The position numbers and the translations under genes are program-made. A stretch of DNA of 64,000 nucleotides from Octopus vulgaris (lineage: Eukaryota), in contig OX597817.1 of the NCBI GenBank assembly GCA_951406725.2, positions 1,922,001-1,986,000 on the forward strand. The letters run 5' to 3'. Positions within the stretch are counted from its first letter, which is position 1. Each line of letters opens with the position of its first letter. This document shows positions 26,804 to 40,525 of this stretch, piece by piece. Below the pieces are notes generated by a model. The model was not told the DNA's origin and did not search any database. It saw only the letters and a list, made by a program, of their open reading frames with translations.

Positions 26804-27929
26804 TTCCCTCTTATCGGCAAGAACCCGTTGTTGTCCTTTAGCTTTAGCTAAGGCTTGATTAAGCAACCTTATAATCAAAGGCATTTCGATCTGTTTGCAT
26901 CCGTTTTTCTTTGTCTCTTTTTATTCAAGTGGCTAATATATTTAATTTTTCTTTTTTCTTTAAATTTTGAGGTAGTAAGTTGAGGGAGATAGGGCAACGA
27001 GCAGAGGTGGGGCACACGCTGTGAATTCTTGAGGAACCTATAAGGTGCATTTGAAAGTAGAGAAATAACCAATCTTTAATTTTACGAATTCATAGGTCCT
27101 GGGACTTAATATTAAATTATTGTTGTGTCCTTAAGGCTTACTATGGTATTTTCGTATGGATTTTTAAGGACTTCGTTAGCTGGCAATTTCACATTTCCTT
27201 GCGGGGGAAGAGTTTCTTACTTTTCATGGAGGGGGCGTACTCATTGGGTCAAACCATTTATATTTTATACAACTGATACGGCGTATAAACATTACAATTA
27301 GCTGTTGAACCAAAGAAACCAGACCTTCTTCAAATTACATCACACAGTTTTAAAACAATGTATGACGTACTCTCTTACTCTTTTACTTGTTTCAGTCATT
27401 TGACTGCGGCCATGCTGGAGCACCGAATTTAGTCGAGCAAATCGACCCCGGGACTTATTTTTTGTAAGCCCAGTACTTATTCTATCGGTCTGTTTTGCTG
27501 AACCGCTAAGTAACGGGGACGTAAACACACCAGCATCGGTTGTCAAGCAATGCTAGGGGGACAAACACCGACACACACACATACACAAACATATATATAT
27601 ATACATATATACGACAGGCTTCTTTCAGTTTCCGTCTGCGAAATCCACTCACAAGGCATTGGTCGGCCCGGGGCTATAGCAGAAGACATTTGCCCAAGAT
27701 GCCACGCAGTGGGACTGAACCCGAAACCATGTGGGTGGTTAGCAAGCTACTTACCACACAGCCACTCCTGCGCCTATCTATCTGCGAAAAAAAAAAAAAA
27801 AAGAAAGTAAAAGAAAAAAATGGTTAGACTCGAATGTCTTTAATTAAAAGTTTGCTTCGTCAACACCAATTAATTAAATACAGTGCAGCAGCAACGATAC
27901 AATAAATATGGGTAAAGTTTTCACTGGGG

Positions 27930-28038
27930 GAACCTTCTGAGCCGTCACCGGTCGGCAGGTGTCTCATGTGGCGGTGAAAGCAGAAAATGTGATTCTTTTG
28001 GACCAAAGAACTTTTGTTTATTTACGGAATTTCAAGAA
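27930..28038 (+). promoter_or_regulatory. ERCC4: Putative ERCC4 promoter / 5' UTR
   Basis: Non-repetitive, relatively GC- and CpG-rich stretch (gagccgtcaccggtcggcagg...gtggcggtg) directly upstream of the ATG. The TSS cannot be determined from sequence. Confidence 0.4.
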
Positions 28039-28112
28039 ATGCCGCTCTTGGAATATGAAAAAGAAATATTTTTGAATTGCTTCCACGACGATGGATTACT
28101 TATTATGTCACA
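28039..28112 (+). CDS. ERCC4: DNA repair endonuclease XPF, coding exon 1
   Basis: MPLLEYEKEIFLNCFHDDGLLIMS, cf. human [23 protein letters not shown]. Donor gtaagt, phase 2. Confidence 0.92.
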
Positions 28113-28227
28113 GTAAGTTCTTGAGATTCTTTTTATTGGATTATTTTTATGAAAGTCTTTTAAGTGAAATAAGTTCACAAGTTTTAAGATCACAAATTCT
28201 GTCTCGCTGTGGAAATGGACCCTGTAT

Positions 28228-28460
28228 ATATTTCTTTGTTACCCACAAGGGGCTAAACACAGAGAGGACAAACAAGGACAGACAGACGGATTAAGTCGAT
28301 TACATCGACACCAGTGCATAACTGGTACTTATTTAATCGACCCCGAAAGGATGAAAGGCAAAGTCGACCTCGGCGGAATTTGAACTCACAACGTAACGGC
28401 AGACGAAATACCGCAAAGCATTTCGCCCGGAGCGCTAACCACTCTGCCAGCTCGCCGCCT
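28228..28460 (-). mobile_element. Full-length monomer of the tRNA-SINE seen as a trimer at 845-1443 (ERCC4 intron 1)
   Basis: Head ggcggcgagctggcagagtggttagc, B-box gagttcaaattcc, same body and tail. Confidence 0.9.
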
Positions 28461-29189
28461 GAATAGACCCTGAATAGTTCCACACACCAGTGCTCTCTCT
28501 ATCTCTCTCTCTTTTTCTCTCTCTCTCTGCCGGATGAATCCGAGAACAGCTCGACTAGTTTCCACTGTGTCTCTCCATATAAATGCTGTCTCTGACTTTA
28601 CTCAATGAACTTATTATGTATCTTCAGTAAATACGTGTCTCGCCGAATAATGCCCAGGCCCATGTTTTTATGTTATTAATTAGTACTATCTTTGAAATAC
28701 AAGGGAAGCGAAATACATTTTCAGCATTGGTATTAGTAATATAAAGGAGTGTGTGGGGTACAATGAGTACAATTTGCTGCATTTTTTACTTTGAGAAGAA
28801 AAAAAATTGTTTTTACAAATGTTCCCTACCTTCCAAAAACTAATTCAGCTTAGCAAAGGATCTCTAAAAGCATTATAACATATTCAGAGCCCTATTTCGG
28901 AAAATTAACGCCTTTCTCATTGAGCATATGAAAGACCAATTTAGATGGGGCAAAATGAGTAAGACAAGATAAGGTAAATTTGCCTTTTCAGTTCTCTTAA
29001 ATCACATTTGGAAAAAACTCATACACGTCAATATCCATTCTTAGCCATCGGAAAGATCAGAAATTTAGCAAAAATTAAAATATTTAGGTTAAATAAAAGA
29101 GGATCAAGGAAAAATGGCACATGATATGAAATTAACAAAACTTGACTAAATCTGAAAGTTCAACAAAATAATAAAATAATAATAATAAT

Positions 29190-29290
29190 AATAATGAGAT
29201 TATTGTATACAGCGCTCAGGTGCACCACAACTTGTCAGAAAGTGCGTATAAAGTATATGCAGTAATGTACAAATGTCTGGAAAGCGAAAA
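29190..29290 (-). mobile_element. LINE (probably CR1-like) 3' tail fragments ending in (ATT)n
   Basis: Near-identical attattgtatacagtgctcaggtgcaccacaacttgtcagaaagtgc... also occurs at about 56755-56940 and 58797-58997. Confidence 0.65.
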
Positions 29291-30118
29291 TATCTATAGA
29301 TTCTTCACAATTTGCTGGAGTAGCTCTCTTCCTGATATATTTATGCACCATACACATAAAAGAAAAAAATCGACATTATTACTCATTTTGCCCCCCTTTA
29401 GACCATTGGTTTTGAAAATTGAATATTATCAAATTAGACATTAGTGTGGGGGAAACTGACTTGGAATCCAGAAGAGAAAAGAATGTTGGTTGTTAAACAC
29501 CAAAAATTATCCAGATATTAACAACCTCAATTATAATGGGGAAAATTGAGGAAATATTTCTTGAGAAAAAGTACCTATCATCCGATTGTTTCAAATTCTC
29601 TCATCTTCAACAACTATGCTGATCAATTCTTATTCTCAAAGATGACGCAGTTGTACGAAATGATGATGCGATACCAGCATTGTAATGGTTTCAAACAGGG
29701 AGGGAAATAATGAGAAATCAGAAATTATTCATTTTGCCCCACCGCATTAAATTACTGTTAGTGATTTTCTCCAGCTTTGACAGTGGAATTAAAAACCCTG
29801 GATATCAAACAAATATTTACACACGAAAATATACGCTTAACTGTTTAAAAACAAAGCTACATACAGCAATTGTTGATGCCAATCCTCAAAGAGCTGATCT
29901 GTATTGTAGGCTTGTTTGCCCTCTGTAGCGATAATGTTTGTTCTATTTATTAATTTAACATTAAAAGTCTCGATTCAGCATAAGAGTGTGATTTGTGGGA
30001 GATTTAGCTGGTATTTCTAGCAGGTTGAGCTACCGTGTAAAGGCACTTCTTTTGTCTACATGTATAGCCTGAGGTAGTTTTGTGGGGAGAGTGATTCCTC
30101 AGATGCTTATTCCATATA

Positions 30119-30149
<31 letters not shown>

Positions 30150-30659
30150 GTGCATGTGTGTGTATTATGTTATGCCTAGGAGCAATGTATGGTACCACAA
30201 TTCTCAAATGAAGCTAAATATGACAACCTGCTCCAAATCTTTGTTAGAGTATCCACATAAGTGGAGTCTAGACTGGCGAATTTTTACTGGCATCAACTCC
30301 TCTAAGCTGTAATAATGGAATCAAACCAAATCCAAACATATATCTACAGATTGGCAGGGTTGTTAGAGCACCAGATAAAATGCCTTAGAGCACTTGTTCC
30401 TGTCTCCTGCACTCTGAGTTTCAATAATACCAAGTTCAACATTGCCTTTCATCCCTTTGGGTTCACCAGCATATGCCTTTCACATACATGTGATAAGGAG
30501 AGATAAGGAGAGGACAGGAGATGACTGCAATCATAGAATATTAAGACAGAACCCTGACATCAATGAAACCAACTATTTGTGTGTGTGTGTGACTGAGGTT
30601 GAAGTAATCAACTTACCTTCTCCCTTCAAACTTTCTGGTCTTGTACCAAACTTTGAAAC

Positions 30660-30705
<46 letters not shown>

Positions 30706-30791
30706 TACATTTTTGGCTGATTCTCCCAGTTTGCTGAGTCTTGTGACACAATATTGATCATCGTTATTCCTGTTGCTTTTATTTATTTCAG

Positions 30792-30888
30792 GGGCCTTGG
30801 TCTTGAAAGAATATTGATAAACCTAATAAAAGTCTACTGTGACCCTGGAAATCTTGTCTTTGTGCTGAATAATAATAATGTGGAAGAG
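30792..30888 (+). CDS. ERCC4: XPF coding exon 2
   Basis: ttcag| (Q)GLGLERILINLIKVYCDPGNLVFVLNNNNVEE |gtaatg; cf. human GLGADRLL...HPACLVLVLN. Confidence 0.93.
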
Positions 30889-32138
30889 GTAATGCAAAGT
30901 GTTTCTGGTTTTCTTTCTCTTGGACTTAGTTTTATTTCCATTTTATGTTTTAAGAATAAATATGCAAAACATTGTTCTGATTCTTGCTGTCCACTGTGCA
31001 TCCCACCATTTGTTATTGGTTGGCAGTTCATATCGACAAAGAATTAGTTTGCTGAAGTTCTAAGCAGGAATCACAGACTCTTGTTAGATTCGTTCATCCA
31101 GGGTACCTTTGACTAACAAGACACAATGATGTGAAAACACTGGGTGTTTCAGGGTCTCCTTATGCCAATGAATCTCGTGTGTTATGAAAACACATTCCTC
31201 TGAAAGGAGTTGTTATCCTGTGATGAAACGCAACAGCAATTAGTATATTCTTCAAATCAGCAGGTTGTAGTTTCGTTATATCAGGTTCATGTATTGCATT
31301 ATAAATAAGGTCTCTGTAAACTGTGTTTAATCCAAGCAGACTCAACCCAGTGAGGAAATTTTGTTTAAATATGAAGCAGATCTTAGGTGCAGGTATGGCT
31401 GTGGCAGAGACTGAGTTTTATCCCACTGTGTGGCACCTTGGACAACTATAATAACCTCAGACACACCAATGGCCTGTGAATGGAACTGCTAGGCAGAAAC
31501 TATACAGAAGCCATTTGCATAAGAAATATATGTGTGCATGTTGACATGTTGTGTCTTTGCATGACACCACTTGAGCAAGATGGTGATGTCATGCTTGCAT
31601 TCCCTGCATGCTACATGTTCTGTAGCATTGTCATTTCGAAGACAAGACCTATGAAGTAAAGATATCTTACATGAAAAACATGAGCTGGTTAGAGGAAGGG
31701 CATCAGGCCATAAAATACTGCCTCAAGTAAGTTTGTCCAGTTCCTGCTAGCATGGAAAACTGATGTAAAAACACAAATGATTGAATATATCCATGAGATC
31801 CTACACTTTTTGGAGTTGATTGTTTTCACATTTTATTTAATATTTTTCTATCATCAATACCTTCTTTTGTCGACAGTAATTTTCACTCAGCAGATGCTGT
31901 GTCAGTTTATACTATACACCTGTACCAGTGTGCAGCTTCCACTTCTATATACATCAGCTCATGGTTTTGTAATGCCTGACCTTGTCCATTCCTATCTTGC
32001 TGGACTGGAACAAGACAGAAAATAAATTCTAAAAAAATAAAATATTTGTAAAAATCATAAAAATATTCATGATCTCAGCTGTCATTGATAACAATATCAA
32101 CAACAATAATATTTTTCTGTTTCATATTGATTTTCAAG

Positions 32139-32221
32139 GATTACATTTGTGATCGTCTAAAGTCTGATGGTGTGAAGGAAATACCTAAAGTCGTAACAAA
32201 TGAATTCACTGCACCAAACAG
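32139..32221 (+). CDS. ERCC4: XPF coding exon 3
   Basis: DYICDRLKSDGVKEIPKVVTNEFTAPN(R) |gtaag; cf. human EGVEHLPRRVTNEI. Confidence 0.92.
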
Positions 32222-32461
32222 GTAAGACAGTGAGACAGACTATCAGGTGGAAAACCAGCAATTTGGTGTTATCTGAAAATAAGAGGTCAATGTTGAAGTC
32301 TGCATCAATTTTTTTCAAATTTAAAAACCTGTGTTCCTTTTGATTTTTACAAAAATCTTTCTTTTTCCTTCCTTCATATTTATCAAAATAATCCTGTGTA
32401 TTCTTATCATTGAACTAAATTACGAAAATATCAAGGAAAGCATAATTGTATTATCTAACAT

Positions 32462-33165
32462 ATGAGGTCTCATCAATAAGTATCTGGACTGTTGCCATAG
32501 TAACAAAACTAAAGCATTAAGAATGAAGCCATTTGGCAAAGATTGACCTTGAGCTCTGCTGTATATGTGCACTAAGTTTTAACATTCTAGTTCACTTCCA
32601 TTGTTTATAGCAGTGCTTGGAAGGAAGGTGTGTAGTGTGTGATCATCACATTGACCATGACAGAGAGAGTTGTCATTGTGATACCTGCTCAGAGGCCTCT
32701 GCAAAGTTGCAGAAAGTGCATGGAGAGGAGTGTATGAGCTGCACACAAGTGTACAAGTGGTTCAGATGTTTCCAAGATGGCCAAAAATATGTCAATATTG
32801 ATGAATGTCTGGGAGACCCATAACCAGCAGAACTGAGAAAAACATTGCAGCTGTGATGGGAAATCATCGAATCACCATCTGTGAGTTATCAAAGGATGTG
32901 TAGATTAGTTACGGTTCAGTTCAGTCCATTATCACTGAAGATTTCGGTATGAGATGCATGTCTGCCAAGTTTGTGCCAAAACTGCTTTCAGCTGACCAAA
33001 AAGACGCACGGGTTTCAGTTGCACAAAATCTCTTTGATTGCGTCGAGAACGATGAAAACTTTTTGTAAACTTTGTGTAGGCCTCTGAGCAGGTATCGCCA
33101 AGCTTTTGGCAAAATTTGATGCAGATTCTCTTCTCAACTTTCTCTGACATGGTCAATGCAATATA
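32462..33165 (+). mobile_element. Second copy of the internally inverted mariner derivative (intron 3)
   Basis: Reverse complement of 17955-18691 with the same inversion and several CpG to TpG/CpA changes. Confidence 0.85.
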
Positions 33166-33531
33166 TATGCACGCACATACATACATACATTCGTTTTTGT
33201 TTTTTTTGCCCCCACCTTGCTTGACAACTAGTGCTGATGTGTTTATGTTTATACCCCCCGTGCTTTAGCAGTTCAGCAAAGAAAACTGCTAAAATAAGTA
33301 CCAGGCTTTTAAAAGAAAAAAGTAAATACTGGGGGTCAATACATTCGACTAATAATTTTTCAAGTTGGTCTCCCAGGATGGCTGCAGTCTAATGACTGAA
33401 ACAAGTAAAAGATGTAAAAGTTAAAAGGTATATAACTGAAAAATAATAATAAATTGAAATATTGTGTGTTTCCTTTTGTGGCTGATTTGTTCAATTTAGA
33501 GATTTTAAAATTAAAATTTGATTTTTTTTAG

Positions 33532-33654
33532 GCAGAAAATTTACACAGAAGGAGGTGTGTTGTTTGTGACTTCACGGATTCTTGTCGTTGACTTTCTCAC
33601 AGAAAATATTCCAGCCAACCTCATCACAGGCATTATCGTCTGTAAAGCTCACAA
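33532..33654 (+). CDS. ERCC4: XPF coding exon 4
   Basis: [40 protein letters not shown], containing the XPF signature [14 protein letters not shown] boundaries. Confidence 0.97.
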
Positions 33655-34278
33655 GTAAGATGTTCTAGATCTTTCGAATGTTGTTTTCTTTATCTTTTTG
33701 CTAAATGTTTTTTCTTTTCTTTTCTATCAAATTCCAGTTTGTTTGATTTGTAAGAGGTAAAATCACACTGGATCAAAATATTGAATGTATTTTGCTGAGT
33801 TTCTAAATTGTACACTTTGCTTCACAGTTTACCTAGCTGTCAAAAATAAGTTCCAGATCAGCTGAGAAAGCTAACTTTTGAGAGACTAGCAACCTATCCA
33901 GTGTGAGAGTTGTTGCCCATTTGCTTACAGATGAGTGAAGCACCAGCTCTACAGAAACCTGAGCTATATGAATAGTATTAACACACTTGTAATTACAACT
34001 GTTGCTCTTCTTGCTTTTAATACTATTATTATTATTATTATTCTCTTGCAAATGTTAGCAGTAAGCCAGCTTAGTTCACAACACATTTGTTATCAAGTAT
34101 CTGTCAAATTACATCCCCTATGTTTAGTGTGTGTCTAAATTAAGTACCAGTTGTGTCCTAGGTCAATACAATCAACTGGCCCCCACCCGCAAAATTTCAG
34201 ACCTTGTGCTTATAGTAGAAAGGCTTAAGTGGGTGAATTAAAATGGTATTTTCATAGAAGGTTCTAATTCAGATCACT

Positions 34279-34508
34279 TTAACCTTTTAGCATTCAAATT
34301 ATTCTGTCAAATGCAATGCTTTTCATTCACATTGTTTTGAATTTATCATAAGAGATATCCTTGTAGCTTTGAGCTTTCAATGATGTAATTGTAGGGTTTT
34401 AGAATGGTATTGCATGGTAGGTGTGAGGAGCTTGATCTGATTAGTTTGAACATAAAACAAGTAGAGTATTTGGGCCAGGTATGGCCAGTTTAAATGCTAA
34501 AGGGTTTA
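34279..34508. mobile_element. piggyBac-like MITE
   Basis: ttaa|ccttttagcatt ... aatgctaaaggg|ttta. A reverse-oriented copy lies at about 47953-48163. Confidence 0.65.
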
Positions 34509-34690
34509 AAATATGAAATTTGTATCATGGAACCAGGGGTGGTCTCAAGTGGGCTGGTATCAAAAGGCTAAGTCTTCTAACCGTAAATTCTTCATGATTT
34601 GAATTGAGTTTGCATTTCATATTTCTTGCCCTCTGCAGTGTCAATGGTGTATTTGGCTTGATTTATTTTTCTCAGTCAGTTACTTTCTTT

Positions 34691-35160
34691 CATCATCATC
34701 ATCATTTAACATCCGCTTTCCATGCTAGCATGGGTTAGACAATTTGACTGAGGCCTGGCGAACCAGATGACTGCACCAGACTCCAATCTGATATGGCAGA
34801 GTTTCTACAGTTGGATGCCCTTCCTAACACCAACCACTCCGAGATTGTAGTGGGTGCTTTTACGTGCCACCAGCATGAGGGCCAGTCAGGCAGTACTGGC
34901 AATGGCCACGCTCAAGTGGTGCTTTTTATGTGCCACCTGCACAGGAAACAGTCCAGTGGCACTGGCAATGACCTTGCTCGAATGTTTTTTCACATGCCAG
35001 TAAGGTGATGCAGGAAACGATCACGCTCGAATGGTGTTTTTTACGTGCCATTGGCATGGAGGCCAGCTTGTTGCTCTGGCAACGATCTCACTCGTATGGT
35101 ACTCTTAGCGCTCCACTAGCACAGATGCCAGTCATCGAATTTGATTTTGATTTCACTTTC
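34691..35160 (-). mobile_element. RTE-LINE-related 3' tail/SINE with a (GAT)n end and internal tandem subrepeats
   Basis: (cat)n-ttaacatccgctttccatgctagcatgggtt...ggatgcccttcctaac...gtgcttttacgtgccacc. Copies at about 40961-41200, 42292-42719, 45945-46420, 55503-55790 and 59375-59565. The same tail follows the RTE ORF remnant at 60330-60950. Confidence 0.8.
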
Positions 35161-35755
35161 CTCTACAAAAAATAAAAAGTAAATGACCTTGTATCTATTC
35201 TGTATGAGTTAAATATATTTCTTTCATTTCTTTCGTCAAATTTCACTAGAGTTGACCATACCATTCATCCTTCACTCTACTTTGATAAAATAAGTTAGTG
35301 GTGATGGTGGTAATGATGATGATGATGAATATATCTTAGTCAACTCTACTGGAGCAGAGTTCTGATATGAAGTGACTGACTGGAAGTAACTTACAACCTC
35401 CTAGATATAAATCGTAATTCACTCAGTATCTTCTTTATGCATTTATCAGTTTATACAGATATCAAAAATTAGCTGCCAAATCTTTTGGAAATATTTTCAC
35501 TTTAGCATTATGTCTTCTGCATGAAAATTCTTCAACTGGTTCATTCTAGAATCCTAGTGGAATGCCTGTAGTGAATGTGAGCCACATGACATCAACTTTC
35601 TTGCAATCCCATTTCATCTTTGTTGTTGGGATGGGAGGTATATATCTCAAATTATTGTGAAAGAATTTTTTATTATTTTCCTTTCTTTTCAAATTTTTTC
35701 AGGGGCAATGTTTTTTTTTACTGAAGATAAATAATAATTTTTTTCTGATTTTTAG

Positions 35756-35813
35756 AATCTTGGATTCATGCCAGGAAGCTTTTATTCTCAGACTTTACCG
35801 ACAGAAAAACAAA
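35756..35813 (+). CDS. ERCC4: XPF coding exon 5
   Basis: (K)ILDSCQEAFILRLYRQKNK; cf. human IIESCQEAFILRLFRQKNK. Confidence 0.97.
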
Positions 35814-35907
35814 GTAAGTGGAAATTCTGAGTTTAAAGTATATCCCATTATATTCTAATTAGATAAGAAAACTATCCATGGCTGCTTTCAACTAATATAT
35901 CCAATTA

Positions 35908-36296
35908 TCTATATATATAAAGCTGAAGTTGTCTGTGTGTGGCAGGGTTGTTAGCCTTCAACTAACACTATCTACTCTGAGACCCTGCAGTGCAAGTTGG
36001 CCAAAATTGAGAGTATGATAGAGGGAGGCTTGCTCTTCATTCCGTAAAAAAAAAAATTCAAATCGGACCATGTTAAGACCAAAAATTATTTACATCAAAA
36101 AGGTGCTTCTTTCTATGAAAATCTCAATTTTTTACGATTTTTTGACTGCTGTGTCACCATTTTTCGGTGTATTTCAACCAGAAAAATGCTCACTTGAAGA
36201 GAATAACAAGCTACATTATGCAAAATTTTTACTTTTCAAAAATTCCAATTCTAAAGAGTCAAAACAAACCCGAGCAACGCCAGGCGATACTGCTAG
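35908..36296 (+). mobile_element. Complete non-autonomous Helitron
   Basis: 5' end A|TCTATATATATAAAG, subterminal hairpin-like cccgagcaacgccaggc, 3' end CTAG|T. Inserted between A and T with no TSD. Confidence 0.85.
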
Positions 36297-37107
36297 TACT
36301 TTATAAAACATTGATTCTAGATTTTGGGGAGAGGCTAAGTCAATTACATCAATCCCAGTGCTCAACTGGTACTTATTTTATCGACCTCGAAAGGATGAAA
36401 GGCAAAGTCGACTTTGACAGAACTTGAACTCAGAACATAAAAATGGGTAAATACCATATAAAAATATTGGCAACATACTATTGTAGTATCAATCTTTTTG
36501 CTCTCTCTTCTCTTTGTTTCTGTTAAAAAAATAAAATAAGGTGGGGAGAAAGCATACGCATGTACCTGAGAAGAGTGTAGTCCCTTCGCCAATTTCCTCT
36601 AAATCTTGTAGTCTGAGTTAGGTTATAAAACACAAAGGTCAAAATCCATAGTAATAACAGTAAAGTTGCATCACCTTGACTTTTGCGTTTTCTGTCATCA
36701 TCCATTCTGTTTCCTATTTTCTATGCTGTTATATGTTGGACTTGTTGACAGTAATACAGCTTCTTCCCAGTCTTTTTGATTGTGTCTCTTAGGAAGCTTA
36801 ATAATGGACCAAGGTAAAATCTAGATATTACATGTTGATCATCATCATCCTCATCCGCTATCACATTGCACCTCCCCTACATAACCTGTATGGTTGTAAA
36901 ATACAATATGTTTGCAGAGCTAATTGAAGCATAGTCTAATTGGATGTAATAATCTTGTGATTTATCTTGCTACTACATCTGTGTCATAAGCTTTCCGTTG
37001 TTCATATGCGGTTAATTACAATTATTCAACAACAAAAATAACATATTTAATGCTTTGGCAGCAGTATTCATGTTCTGTTCTAAATACCAAATATTTATCT
37101 GTTATAG

Positions 37108-37260
37108 ACTGGTTTTATCAAGGCCTTTTCTGACCGGCCTTCTGGTTTCACAACTGGTTTTGCCCATGTTGAAAACGTAATGAAAAATCTTTTTCTCAAG
37201 AAACTGTTCTTGTGGCCACGGTTCCATGCTAATGTTGCAAGCTGCTTGGATAAACATAAG
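37108..37260 (+). CDS. ERCC4: XPF coding exon 6
   Basis: [51 protein letters not shown], containing the GFIKAF and LWPRFH motifs. Confidence 0.97.
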
Positions 37261-37988
37261 GTAAGATTTCATTTAAAACTGTTGATTTTTGTTAATAAGT
37301 TTGTTTGTTTTTGTAGGTGTTTTGTTTCATTTACATTCTGTGATGATCATTTACTTTTGACCTAATATATAGTTAGATTGAAGAATCAGAACTGGATCAA
37401 AGTGGGCTGCGATCAGTTTAGTAGATGTTAACCTGAGTAGACATTTCTTTTATTGATGCTTATCCCTGAGTCACTCCTAACTGAGCAGATCTTTTATCAG
37501 ACATTCTAGCCATGACAATCTTTTGCACTACATATTTTGTGCTTCCTTTCTATTTTAAGACAGTTGGATGGGATTTGAAATGATTTGGTTATCATTTCTA
37601 ACAAGTCAGAGGCCACATACATATCAATGTTGTCTAAAAAGGTATTAAGGAATGCATAACAATTTAGTTGAAGATGTATTATTTAAGGACAAGCAGATTA
37701 ATATATAGATGGTAAAAAGTAACCATATGCTTATTGGTTTTATTGGTTTAATAATTTCTTAGCTAGTCAGCTGGTAACCTCCACTCTTCTTTTACTCAAA
37801 AAGCACATGTTCCTCAATAACTCTGCTGGCCACTCTTGACGACTTCTGTTGATTTCTGTCTTTGCTATTTCTATGATTATCATAAATTTCCTTTAGTTTC
37901 TCTCTTGTCTTTCCATTCTTTATTCACTCATTTAAAATTTTTCATTTTTTGCTTCTGTGATTCATTTTTTGTTTTTCTTTTGTTTTAG

Positions 37989-38102
37989 ATAGAAGTTGTT
38001 GAGCTGCACATCCAGATGACTAGTACAATGGTTGCTTGCCAAACGGCCCTTCTTGATCTTATTAATTCCTGCATCTCTGATCTCAAAAGATATACCTCTG
38101 CC
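37989..38102 (+). CDS. ERCC4: XPF coding exon 7
   Basis: IEVVELHIQMTSTMVACQTALLDLINSCISDLKRYTSA; cf. human [27 protein letters not shown]. Confidence 0.95.
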
Positions 38103-39091
38103 GTAGGTGATATTTTATTCTGTGGTAATACAGGTTTCTTCTAATATTGCCTCAAGGTTACAAATTTATAGTCAAAGACTGGCATCAATTCAATTGACCG
38201 CAATACGTTACTGGTACCTTAGTAAGATTTGAACTGAGAACATAAAAAGAAGTTTACCTAAACCCTGCAAAGCTTTTTTCTTTGTTTGGCTCTTTACCCA
38301 TTCTGTCATCCTGTGTTGTAATATTCTCTTTTTTTTAGAAAAACGTCATTAATGAATAACAAATTAAAATTCCTGATGTTGTTACCAAGACAACACATTT
38401 CTTGGGAAGAAACATTTGATTAAATCAACCACTGAAGAATAGAAGATAAATGCAACTTAAACAAGATTTGAAGCTGCATGTATAAAAATGATTTTGTAAC
38501 CTCCGTTTCTTTGTTTTTTTATTTATGCACCCTTTTCAAGCCTAGCCAGGCTCATGGGCCTGGTTTCCCAGTTTCTATGGCGTATGTGTTCCCCCCAGCT
38601 GGACGGGATGCCAGTCCATCGCAGCATCACTCAAGAAACAGGAAGAGAGAGTGAGAGAAAGTTGGGGCGAAAGAGTACAACCGGGGTCACCACCCCCCAC
38701 ACCTACCGGAGCCTCATGGAGCTTTAGGTGTTTTCGCTCAATAAGCACACACAACGCCCGGTCTGGGAATCGAAACCACGATTTTCTGACCACGAGTCCA
38801 CTGCCCTAACCACTGGGCCATTGCGCCTCCACATTTCTTTGTTATCAAATGAAATTAACAACAGTAAGGATGATAATGATTTCTTAGTTCAGAGCAAATG
38901 CACAAATCTGAGGGCAGGACTATGTTCATGTCCATGATCGATAATTTACTGATCCAAAAGAAGACATTCTAGTGGTCTGTCTTTTATTTGTATCTTTTAT
39001 TTTTTGCTTCTTTCTGTCATCCTGGGGCACCAGCTTAGTATATTCATTTGTATCATTTAGATAAACTTTTTCTTTCTTCTATCTTCTTCAG

Positions 39092-39240
39092 ATTGATTTT
39101 GATGAGATAACAGTGGAAAATGCGATTGGCAAGTCCTTTGATATTATGATTCGACATCAACTGAATCCTATTTGGAACCAGCTCAGCAGCAAAGCCAAGC
39201 AGATTGTCTCTGATCTAAAAACCTTGAGGATGATTAGCCA
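39092..39240 (+). CDS. ERCC4: XPF coding exon 8
   Basis: IDFDEITVENAIGKSFDIMIRHQLNPIWNQLSSKAKQIVSDLKTLRMIS. Confidence 0.96.
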
Positions 39241-40471
39241 GTAAGTCTGTCAGCATTATCACTCTTTGTTGTCCTGAGGCTTTCAGTGCAAGGTTTTTTG
39301 ACTAAATGTTTTAGGATATTGCAGTATAGATGTTGAACCTTTTGTAATTCCTGAGGATCTTTGAATTCAGTCCTTAACTCTGATTTCCTTGTATTGATCT
39401 GAGACATAAATTAGTATAAATTATCTGACTCTTGACATATCTTTTTGGTTCATTGGGCTGGTGCTTATCATCATTTCTGTGGCATTAAAGAGACAGGAAA
39501 TACCTTGTTACCCCAACAAAACACATTAAACCTTTGCCTCCTCAGTGCCGAAGTTCTTGGGAATTCTGTCCCTCCTTCAAGAAATTCAAACTGAACGTTA
39601 GTTCTACTGGTCCGGAGCCTTCTTACAGAAGCCATGTTCATTGCCATTCTCTGTCTAATTAATAATTTGAAAACAAACAAATCGAAACCTGCTGTAGCAT
39701 TGACAAAATCCAAGATGCTAACCTCTCAGCTTGCTATCTCTATCACTATCATACCATCCGTACTCTCCTACTTTATAATAAGTGATAGAATTACAAAACT
39801 CAAGACTACTGAGTTTAGGTGCTTGGTATCAGTTTCTTCTGTAGCATTATGTAATATATTTACTTCACTAATTAGAAGTAATGAATTTAAGTAGCTGTAC
39901 TCAATATAGTACTTGTACTTGGTGTCACCTATTAAAAAATAAAAGGCAATGTAGACCTGGTAAGATTGAAACCGGGTTTTTGTTTAATCCACCTAACTGA
40001 AATAAACAGAGTTATGTCTCTTGTTCATGAGATGACAATAAACTTGTAAATCTGAATTTTGTTGATGTAGTAATCTCTAGTGTCTTGGAGAGAATCAAGC
40101 ACTTGCTTGATTCATCTAAATTGGTTAGAGTATGGTAGTATAAATTATCTAAAAGACTAGCTCAGATCATGGGGTGAACCGTACAGCCAGGTCTTTTAAC
40201 TAAATAACTGATTGCTTTAAGTATTCCATCTCTAATAAATATTGGTAATTTAATGGATAGTTATTCTCTGAAGTGTGTAACATACACGCAAGTGTGCATG
40301 TTTATATGCATTTGTCTGTTTGTATGTGTTTGTTTGTTTACATCCATGTATGTAAATATGTTATATATACTTGCTCTCTGTCTGTCTTTCCCTCTCCACT
40401 TTCACACAAATACATTTCAAGAATCCTCTCATTTGTTTGTTTACCTATGTTAATTGTTATTTCTTTTGCAG

Positions 40472-40525
40472 GGATTTGACCCAATATGACTGTGTCACAT
40501 TTTTTAGTGTGGTGAATTCTATTTG
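40472..40525 (+). CDS. ERCC4: XPF coding exon 9
   Basis: (Q)DLTQYDCVTFFSVVNSI; cf. human LSQYDCVTFL. Confidence 0.95.

Noticed and set aside
34850-35060. Repeated ggtgcttttacgtgccac motifs with variable intervening sequence
   Set aside because: These are internal subrepeats of an RTE-related tail found in many copies in this window, not a spacer array.
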